A stretch of 58,819 nucleotides of DNA, the filler included, from Dirinaria sp. TL-2023a (taxonomy: Eukaryota), in NCBI GenBank assembly GCA_051941275.1. It is 7 parts of 7 records of this genome, joined end to end, with 100 filler letters (N's around TTAATTAATTAA, not from the genome) between each part and the next. Parts side by side here need not be neighbours in the genome. Positions count along the whole stretch, not along the records: positions 1 to 8,334 come from JAVEBF010001199.1; positions 8,435 to 16,765 come from JAVEBF010001200.1; 5 more parts are not named here. One strand, given 5' to 3'. The notes beneath the pieces were generated by a model. It was not told the DNA's origin. It ran no database searches and was given only the letters and a program-made list of their open reading frames with translations. Below are positions 1 to 9,024 of this stretch, in pieces. The first letter of the stretch is position 1. Each line of letters starts with the position of its first letter. The translations under genes and the position numbers were made by a program.

Positions 1-1
1 C

Positions 2-247
2 GTCTCTGTTTTTCTGGTTCAATTTTCCTAGCAAATTCAAGAGAACGTCCTGCGTGATCGGGGTTCTCTCTTGGGTACTGGCCTCACCATTCCGCCTTCG
101 AATGCCAGCAATCACACGCTTCAATCTAGGATGCGTGAACGTCTCCAAATCATCTCGAATGAAACCAAGGTCCACGTGGTGTGACCGGAGCCCTACGAGG
201 TACGAACTAATTGTCTTGGCCCTCACTTTTCTAACCCCTAATAATGT
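2..247 (-). mobile_element. Fragment of a DIRS/Ngaro-type tyrosine recombinase (N-terminal core-binding region), running off the contig end
   Basis: Manual translation of a minus frame absent from the ORF track (no start codon): LGVRKVRAKTISSYLVGLRSHHVDLGFIRDDLETFTHPRLKRVIAGIRRRNGEASTQERTPITQDVLLNLL. This matches the 'TI.SYL..LRS.H.DLG...F.HPRL.RV..GI.R...R.PIT..L' pattern of fungal YR-retroelement recombinases. In-frame TGA at 248-250. Confidence 0.75.
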
Positions 248-468
248 TCAAGCAGATGTGTTGCCCCATAGTGTTATACCTAGAGTGCTGCCTGGCACTA
301 GCGTGATTGCCTCGGTGAGTTCTACCTTATTAGAACTCACCCACATACATTTATAGACTTTAGACAATGCTATGCTTCATGTATGCCACCAAGTGCATTG
401 CTCAGTGCTCCAACATAGCAACCCATCAGATCTGAAGCAAGCAATGCAGAGTTCAAAAGCGTACTGAT

Positions 469-1681
469 CTTTTTCGCCAAAGACGTTCTTCGTGACTTCG
501 CTCCGACGTAGATATTCAAGAGCAGGGGTCTCAATATATCCCACCATCTCAGCAACGTGGTGTGTTGCTGATACTTCTTGAGCTTGATCCAGAGCATGAA
601 ACAGATGTTGATCCTCAAATAGATCCCATATCTGGAAGGGATGAGTTAGTAGAAGGTAGTTTAAGTTCAGCGAAGACTACCGGGATAGGTAAACTTACCA
701 GAGCAGCGACATTCCAGATGTCTACACTACAGTCCCATTTCATGTTGAATAAAACTTTCGGGGCACGATAGAGTTCAGGCTGAATCAGGCCCTTGTGAGC
801 TTGACCAATCCGCGCCTCTCCAAAGTCACACAAGACGGGCTGGCCCCAAAGCGAGTTCTTCGAAAGACCAAATTTCCGAGAATCATAGATCGTGCGAGTT
901 TCATCGATGATTTTCGTCGGCGATGGTTTCTCTACTTTCGCTTGTTCAAATTCCGAAAGGAGAGACTCATCGTCAATGCTTAGCATGATGTTCGAGGGAT
1001 TGATATCTGTTTTGAACTAGTGAACTCAATGCTCAAGGTATGAATTAATTGCGAACGCACCGGTATGTATCACTTTTGCCTCATCATGAAGGAAAGAGAG
1101 CGCGCTAAGCAGATTGAAAAGAGTTCAGTTTAAGATTTGCTTGTTAAGACGTTTCGACGAATTCTGGCACTGAAGCTCTCGAATGGTCATATGCATTGAA
1201 GGCTGAACAAGACACAGATGCTTCCCAGTTGAACTGTTGATTTCGAATGTCTCTAAGAGACCGCGAATATATGTCTGACCATTATGTTGTGAGTTGAGTG
1301 AAGTGACATGCTCGTAAAATTTCAACTCTCGGTCATTTCGTAGAGATCCCATTCTATCCCGAGTACAGATTTTGACGGCTACAAAGCCAGAACCTCTGCT
1401 GCATCAAAAATGGTCCTAGGTGGATTTATTGACTTCAAATCTCGGCAGAGCCAAACCGTAGAGTAGACACCGTATCCAAGCTTTCCCACAACTTTGTACT
1501 TAGAGATGAATATATCTCCTAGATGTACGGGATAAAACTGATCCGCGCGATACCAGAGGAGTCGCTCCTCCTCAAAGGACTGTGAGTGGTTCATCCTGAT
1601 TGCTTGAATGCTTCTGGAATGCGGTTTTGAGAAAGATGACGTTTTGAGAAATTGACGAATCCAGCTCTTGGTTCCGATCAT
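469..1681 (-). pseudogene. SRPK-like (CMGC) protein kinase pseudogene, intron-containing, 3'-truncated
   Basis: Motifs KLGYGVYSTVWLCRD, FVAVKICT, HT/DINPSNIML, CDFGEAR, YRAPKV, SVDIWN, IWDLFE. Premature TGA at 1125-1127, APE>APK, last donor reads AT instead of GT (468), and no terminal kinase exon is recognisable. Confidence 0.85.
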
Positions 1682-2183
1682 CACACATAATTATTCGAAT
1701 GAATGATGAGACCGAAAACGTGTATCTCTGTCGCATGAGACTTTGAAACGAACGCGTAAGATTATGTGTTGATGGCTGAATACGAAACACCAACCACTGA
1801 GATGGGATGAATTGCTTTCCATTACGTAATGAGGTCAGCTGTGCCAAGAAGGTCTAACTCGGAATGGTTACAACAATCGGCTTTTCAAACTTCAAAAGTT
1901 CCCGCAAAATTTTTTATTGGACCCTGGTTGATCTTATCGCGGCGTTTACTTCTTTGTAACAGATAGGGAGACATGACTCTCGTCGCGATTTCTGAACAGA
2001 TCATAGAGTCTGTACTAGGCCTAAGAAGCTGCTACGCGTATCGGCTCTAAGACGAGGCCGGTGAGTATAAAATAGTAGCTTCGGTGCAGATAAAGCCTTC
2101 TTCAATAATATTACCTGCTTGCACCGTTCACAACCTCAAATCTCATCATAATCTCCACAATTTTGACATTCAAGTTTTCCATC

Positions 2184-2521
2184 ATGAACTCAAGCTCCAG
2201 GAGACTTATGCAATACGTTGGGTCAGTCAAGCTAGAAAGCTTCTCTAACGCGCAGCTCCGACAAACTGTTCAAGCATTTTGTGCGAAGCAAGAACAGGAG
2301 GCACGTGTGCTCAATTCTTATTATGCTCGGCATGACTAATACTGGACCAGAACTCAGAAGTGAAAAAGGCCGAAATAAAAGACACTCGTCTTCATCAGTC
2401 TCACGATGATCCGAGCGACAACAAGCCTGTCATTTCGGTGCGCTTCAAGGACGAAGAGGACAGATCACTTGGCACAGGTCATGTCCATGAGGATGGGACT
2501 GGATCTGTGAAGTGGAAGTAG
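2184..2521 (+). CDS. Small 95-aa hypothetical protein, two exons (2184-2300, 2351-2521), GC-AG intron
   Basis: TATAAAA at ~2066, ATC-ATG start, donor GAG|GCACGT, branch ACTAAT, acceptor CCAG. Spliced ORF: MNSSSRRLMQYVGSVKLESFSNAQLRQTVQAFCAKQEQE-NSEVKKAEIKDTRLHQSHDDPSDNKPVISVRFKDEEDRSLGTGHVHEDGTGSVKWK*. Not in the ORF track. Confidence 0.65.
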
Positions 2522-3522
2522 TATCTCACCAATACGACACGATCTTTGCCAAAGATCGAGCCACGTAGGTAACAGTGTGTAGCAGAAGCTTATCGTAGAA
2601 TCTGTAACGCCAGTCAAGTCTCACGCGCTGTAAGATATGAGCAAGTCTTCACCTACCAATCAATCTCGTTTTCTAACATTATCATAAAACTTTCGTGCAA
2701 GACCCGTTCATAGATATCTCATACATTAATTACCTAGCAAAGCTTCAGCCGATCGCTGAGCATCTTTGATGTCGTGTTCTACAGAGGTGATTCCTCTGCT
2801 TGTGTATTTCCAAGACTCAATGCTGCAATGGTATTGACATAGAGAGATGGAATTGCCTGAATATAACTCCGGTTCTAGCGAGTTACTGACACGGAGACTA
2901 GGATCGAAACCTCGAATTGATCGAAGTAAGATGACTTGAAAGTGAGACAATCATGGACTCGATGCTTGCTGCGAACTTTGTACCTGCGGCTCCGATAAGA
3001 AGCCTGCATATGAGAGTCAGTCAAAGACTTGCTAATCTCGTCAATTTAAACCCTGGTGTACAGAACGATGACATAGAAATTAAAAACGATGTAGGATGAA
3101 CAAATTGAAGCAAAATTCATAAATGAATGTTAAAACCTGTATGGTGAGGACTATAGAACTCGGTGTCCCAGGACCAGAGACATTGACTGGACCATGTGCT
3201 CATGCTTTTACCACTTGGTTTCAACAGCGTTTCGCAATGCAGATAGTCGGAATCCTTGTAACACATTGATTAAAATAGGGTTATCTGGTCAGGCGTGGAC
3301 AATTCGCTGACCTTGCTGCTTCTGGTAGCATCTAGCATGGGAAATGCCCCGAAGAAAGCAATTAAAGCTATTGAAGAGCTGGTAATCAAAGAAAGAGTTT
3401 TGACTGTCCAAGATGCAAACGCGGCCAGTACGACTGAATTAAAGGGTTAATAGTAAGCACGACTGCACCCGATTTTTGTGAAACAAATGATGCGATCCAT
3501 GAGTGCGAGACTGAGATTATCG

Positions 3523-3789
3523 TTAGTCGTCGACGCTTGCAGCACCTGCCAGCCCTTGATCAGGGTGAATGCGGTTATAGAAGTATAAGGCCAGCAAGAA
3601 CGCTGTAACGACGATCACGGGCATGCACGCTACGAAGGCATCGGAGAGAACATTCAGAACTGCCTCTTGAGTCGTCAATGCTTTCACTACCTGTGCATCG
3701 GAGGTCGTCTTTTCTGCTTCGGTAACCGTCACTTTTCCGGCCAATTATGCTTCAATAGAGGATGATAAGGTTGTATAAGATACCATCAT
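3523..3789 (-). pseudogene. Small single-TM protein gene with an in-frame stop
   Basis: ATG at 3789 gives MMVSYTTLSSSIEA*LAGKVTVT..., in frame with ORF 3523..3744, which has the hydrophobic stretch AFVACMPVIVVTAFLLALYFY. TAA at 3745-3747 is one transition from CAA. Confidence 0.45.
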
Positions 3790-4289
3790 GGTACGCAGAC
3801 ATGCACCTCTGAAAATATAGATAAACTAATGTTTTGAAACTCAGCTGGAACTGCAAGAAAATTAATATACTTTAGCAGAGGAGACGCGAGATATGAGGTT
3901 CACGCCAGATTGCATGATTAGGGCCCACAAGCTGAACAATCCAGATATGATCGCTTGGGTTTTGCCATGCGTTTGCAATTTTTCAGGCTATATGTGTCGT
4001 GTTTAGGCTATATGAGTGCCATGTTTGATGTTGCTGCTTCTAGCGTCGACGATCGCTCAAATCAACTAATTATATAGATTTCGTGTTGCGGTGCAGCATC
4101 GAAAGCGCTTGCTAAGAGCGATCATTAGCAACGTGAGTATTCTGAGTTCATGCCAGTAGCGTCGGACGATTCGAGCAAAGTATTGAGATATTGTCGATCA
4201 AGTCAAGATCCCTTAGGCGGAAGGATTCGAAGGCCAAATTGGAAACTTGTACTCGACTGACTGCGCAGTAGAAAGCATAAATCCACCCT

Positions 4290-5480
4290 ATGTTTGTCAG
4301 AGAGCACCGCGATAGTCTGTGCGGTAGTATCTGAAAGATTTTGAAAAAGCGATCGCAAGAAGACTGGTCTTATGAATTATAAGAGAGATCAGCTTCGAAG
4401 AGGCTGAGAGACGAGGACCACCATCATCATTATCTGCCGAATTTTGTTCGAGTACGTACGGCGAAGCCGATCATCAGCAGGTGATCTGCTGTCGCTGATG
4501 AGCTTCTTCGACTGACAAGAGATCTCTGAGTTCATGATCCGCCATCGAGCGCAGATCGAAGATGAAAGTCGAAGCAAAAATCAAGGTCAAGCGAATCTAC
4601 CGCAGGAAGAAAAGAGCATTAGGCAACGTGATCATGCCAATGCTATGTGACAGCAGAATGACCAGACCAATGGACGTATGGGTAATAATAATTGAGACCG
4701 CGGAGGCCGAGATGAAGCAAGACGAGCTGGCTAACAAGGTCGGAATTGGGATAGCTAGACAGGCATTGATGATGCTAGTTCTGGACGGGGAGATTATCCA
4801 GGCCGTGAAGATCGCGGCGGACGAGGCAATACACGGGGTGACAAAAGCAATCACACTGATGCCGGTCCATCTCAAAATTTTACTGAAGGATTTTGCGACA
4901 ATTGCAGATGTCATCATGACAATATCAAATGCATCAATTGCAATGAATTTGGGCATGGATGGAGATGCTGCTCCAAGAGAGGCCAGCAACAGAATTCGCA
5001 GCAAAATCGAGGGAATAACAACAACACCACAGGCAGCACTCAGACGTCATCTACATTCATAAGTATGCTCCGAGTATCAGTTTATGTTGAGAAGATTGTT
5101 ATTGGAAGCCAATCGGAATCCATTAGAAACGGTATTAATAGAAGATTCTGAAAACAATCGTGCATATATCAGATGATCGAAGTTTATTCAACAATCTCCG
5201 GCCTGCACATTCCATAAAGAAAGTAGCAGATGGCAGTACACTGAAAATCAGGCAAATGGGCGATGTGCCTATACGTCTGCCAAGGGAAAGCACACTGACA
5301 TTCACTAATGTGCTCTTTGTACCTGGTATCAAAGTGAATCTAATTAGCACGGTAACTATGCGAGAAAAGGGGATAGAATTTCAAGATTCGGCCGATGCAA
5401 CACCCCATCTTGACTATAAGAGCCAGCATGTGACTTATGTAGAAGTTGTTCAAAAGCAATTTCTATTGCGGACGAAATAA
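4290..5480 (+). mobile_element. Degenerate Ty1/Copia retrotransposon gag-protease remnant
   Basis: CX2CX4HX4C zinc knuckle CINCNEFGHGWRCC at 4930-4971 after an R/G-rich stretch with several stops. Degenerate protease motif (DSE for DSG, ~5145) followed by HISDDRSLF...VADG...GDV...NVLFVPGIKVNLIS, typical of Copia Pol. No integrase or RT follows. 5' boundary approximate. Confidence 0.85.
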
Positions 5481-5551
5481 CAGAAGCCCAATTGCTCAAA
5501 TTGTTGGTGGTCACAGGATGACGCAGATCTGTGAAAAGGTATTAGCAATGC

Positions 5552-6612
5552 TCACAATACATTACATCCGAGACCGGTCGCTGTGACACCGCCGATGGTG
5601 GCTATAGCTCTCAGCCAATTGGGAACCGTTTCCGATAGCATGACCTTCATTAACAATGAACACAATATCTGACACCAAAAGGAGCTTTGAGATGAGAAAC
5701 TGACCCTTTTAGATTTCAGGGTTTCTTGCTGCAGCACTTTCATTTCAAGTTCATCCTTAAGTTGCTCGACTTCCTCCATCAATGCTTGTTTGTCGGCACT
5801 TGCCTCGCTTAATTCTCGTTCCGCTGTCTTCAATTGTCTCTCGAATCTTTCGATGTCTTCCCTCTTGTCTTCGAATAGCTGCTTCCCTGCTGAAGTTTGC
5901 AAAAGTACACCGTGGGCTTCCTCCAATTCTTTCTGCATCTGCAATGCAATTACTTCTTTGTCGATTAGCATCCGTATTATTTCGATTGCCGTCGTCCCGC
6001 TATTGTCGTGCTCAACGACAGAAGCTCCGCCCTTAATCAAGTCATCCCAGTACTTATCCTTTCGCTGATCAACCTGTTTGACGCCAGCTTCGCGATCATT
6101 CAGACCGCTCCACATGGTGGTGGCAATTATAACGTGCGAATAAGCCTCCTCTCCGAGGATTTTCTTGAACAGACGCAATCGTCGGGTTTCGTTGCCTTGT
6201 ATTTTGTTGCCAGTAACAGGTTGTAGGAGAATCACTCCTGTAAGAAGCTTTTTATGGTTGTATGTTTGCTGTAAAAAGTCGCCAATGCTGTTAAGCACCT
6301 CCACGTCAGAGACGTCCGTGTCATCGAAACCCGGGGTGTCAAGTAACACTATGTCTGTGTTGGAGATCTTGAAGTTGATCGCGGAAATTTCTTTAGTGCC
6401 TGTACCGCAAAATAAGAGCGTCAGTGGAAATATCGAGTAGTAGTAGAATTCGTACATGATTCAATATCATGACCAATTTTGAGATCTGTTCGTCCGGTGG
6501 CTTTTGAGATGAAAGTCGTCTTTCCAGCACCTGTCACGCCCAGCAACGCAATGATAAGTGAATCTTTTTGCACATCGAATCGTGGGTCACCGGAAGTGAC
6601 TAGCTTCACCAT
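5552..6612 (-). CDS. P-loop GTPase of AIG1/MMR_HSR1 type with C-terminal coiled coil and CaaX box (CNVL)
   Basis: G1 GVTGAGKT, G2 SCT (formed across intron 6400-6455), G3 DTPG, G4-like TTMW, an E/K/Q-rich coiled coil, and a GLGCNVL* end. Possible second in-frame intron at ~5633-5704. Confidence 0.85.
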
Positions 6613-6791
6613 CTTATGGGTGTATGAATTGGCACTTCCTGGAAAGTCGAGATCACTTGATCAGACTGACAATTTGCATAGCGAGGAGACAATAGAAGCT
6701 GCGCTCCAAAGATACGATATTCATATACGATTGTGCCATGACCCACCCTCTCGAAGAGAGGTGACAGTTTTGCCGAAGTCGTTCTCCGATC

Positions 6792-6921
6792 CATTGATCT
6801 TGTGTCGCACAAGAGTGGGGTCTGATAAGCAAATAGCCACTCAGTGTCTTCGGAAGCATTGATCTTATGTCGCAAAAGACAAGGGTCTGATAAGCAAATA
6901 GTCACTCAATGTCTTCAAGAA
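6792..6921. repeat. 65-bp imperfect tandem duplication
   Basis: CATTGATCTT(G/A)TGTCGCA...GGGTCTGATAAGCAAATAG(C/T)CACTCA(G/A)TGTCTTC starts at 6792 and again at 6857. Confidence 0.9.
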
Positions 6922-7264
6922 CCACACATGCATACGAGTTGATGTCATGGACGAAGAAGCTAGATATCAGTAATGTTAGGCTACCAGTAAGCGCACCCCC
7001 AGTTTCAGTCAACACCACAAAAATGGTTGAGTACCAAGGTGCACGTTCTTATGGGTAGAAGCAGGATGCCTTGTTTTTGGAGCAGAAGCTCCAGCTAAAA
7101 TACTAACTATCGATGATGACTAATTAAATGACGACACGGGGGTCGCACCCCGCTCCTTCCACTTCCTCAACCACCCCCAGTTTCGGTAAATGCACGCCCA
7201 CCTCTAGGGCTAGCATATAACCCTAGGGGTACATGTTATTTTTCCTAACACCAGCATTTTCACA

Positions 7265-7306
7265 CCACCTTCCACCTTCCACCTTCCACCTTCCACCCTC
7301 ACCTTC
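7265..7306. repeat. (CCACCTT)n heptamer microsatellite
   Basis: Four perfect copies plus degenerate copies of CCACCTT. Confidence 0.85.
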
Positions 7307-8113
7307 TACTGCATTCTAACATCACTGCAATCATCACCATCATCTTGTCACGATTTCACATTAGCTACCCGGGTCAAGTGTTTACACTATGAATGTTGTT
7401 CACCTCGCTACCCGGCATATGGTAGGGGTGCTGATTATGGATGGTAAAAGGGTTGATGGTTCTAGCTACTGGATGGTGATCTAATATACATGCGGTTGCC
7501 ACGGTGACAAATAAGCCACCGTCCATGGTGGTACTTTGGCAAGTACCACAATCAATGGTCCTAACAACCGGGTCATAGCAACCGTAACATGTTTGCGTTC
7601 CTACTATCAAATCAAGCAAGGAATAGTAAGCTCCCAGGAACTGCTTGAATTTGGGGTGATACCTAAACGGTTTCTAGAAGGAATCCTTGGAGAGGACTCT
7701 GCAATGCCAAGAAATGTTAACGCTAATAGCTTGACATTGTATCCTTAGATTGACCAGATAAGAATACTACTACGTAATTACCTACAGTGTTATGCTACGC
7801 TTCTTATTAAACCAACTGTCTTATAAACTACCTTAATGACTTACTCAAGCCTATCGCCACTCTGAACTACATGATATTATACTTTCACAAAGCTCAAAAA
7901 GATAAACTTTATTAACCCTAAATGAACCCTATAAAGCGTGCATAGGGGGGTGAATCTGAGTAACGGCGGGGTCGAGATGAGCGCTAATCGTCATGCATCT
8001 TGTCAACACTCTCGCGCTCTTTAACTATATTATCTCCCTTTCATTCCTCTCACACCACTGTTCCAAGCTAGTGGCTATATGAACACATTTTCTATTCTTT
8101 TATTTCAGTCGAC

Positions 8114-8334
8114 ATGGCTCGCGATCAAGCAAAACCAAATATTAAGAATAATCGACGCTAATCTTTAATATTAAAGAATTAAGATGAAATATTCGAAATT
8201 CGTATTTTTAGTATCTGAGCTGATCAACTATAGAGAGACGATTTCAGAGTATCAAAAAACAGCAAACTCTTTGTAAAAACTCACATCTGCAAGCAGTAGA
8301 AAATCTTCGCAAGCAATTTACATCTAAAAATAAT
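8114..8334 (+). pseudogene. Heavily mutated AT-rich ORF start, probably a transposon relic
   Basis: ATGGCTCGC... reads MARDQAKPNIKNNRR*SLILKN*... with several stops one transition from CAA/CAG/CGA; AT-rich; at the contig end. Confidence 0.35.
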
Positions 8335-8434
8335 NNNNNNNNNNNNNNNNNNNNNNNNNNNNNNNNNNNNNNNNNNNNTTAATTAATTAANNNNNNNNNN
8401 NNNNNNNNNNNNNNNNNNNNNNNNNNNNNNNNNN
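8335..8434. other. Artificial contig spacer
   Basis: N44-TTAATTAATTAA-N44 (stops in all six frames). Confidence 0.99.
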
Positions 8435-9024
8435 GGTCAATGGCGAGGAGGGAGGGGGGAAGAAGAAAAAGCAGAAGTTGAAGGTACTTGGATGAAAGCT
8501 GGCCAATGAACTTGCGCTGTCGAAGGCTGGTCGAAGCGAGGCGTTTCAGATAGTCGGGCGTTGCTGTAGAACTTCGAATGGCGTGAAAAGGTTTACGAAA
8601 TGCAATGTGACCATAAGTGCATGTCCATGCAGGGAAGTGTTCCTAATGTTACATTCTATATAAAATTCTATTATTACAGCTTGATATAGCGATGTTGGGT
8701 ATTCTGTAGTAGTTGTGTTTGCAATATATAACTGCCGCTGTTGGGGGACTCTGACTATCACACCACAAAGCTAAGCAACCAACGCCAGGCCTCCAACCTA
8801 GTCGCCCTTTCTGAACTTCGACCATCATGGATAGAAGTTGACGACTGTCATATCTGACGGATTTTCCAGCTTCGAAGCGACGGTCAGATATACGGTCAAA
8901 GTGCTGCAGATGATGCGTTTTGGTTCTGATCTGATGGGAGTTGGCTAGATCCTGGTGAGGTAGACTCAATCAACATGCAGGAAAGTCTAACGCTAACGAC
9001 TTTTGACCGGTTTCGAGGGCTGTA

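Noticed and set aside
1..247. Starship captain (DUF3435)
   Set aside because: Motifs fit DIRS/Ngaro-type recombinases; no captain features or element boundary are visible.
3337..3450. 37-aa ORF MGNAPKKAIK... with a myristoylation-like start
   Set aside because: Too short and unsupported; may be chance or an orphan exon.
4562..5062. 166-aa ORF and its antisense 135-aa ORF as genes
   Set aside because: Off-frame shadows of the Copia gag, whose zinc knuckle is in another frame.
7374..7619. ORF with CYGC...CGTC as a zinc-ribbon protein
   Set aside because: No ATG start, an upstream in-frame stop and no recognisable family.
8379..8390. TTAATTAATTAA recurring every ~8.4 kb as a biological repeat or array
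   Set aside because: Always centred in N runs; it is a synthetic six-frame-stop linker.
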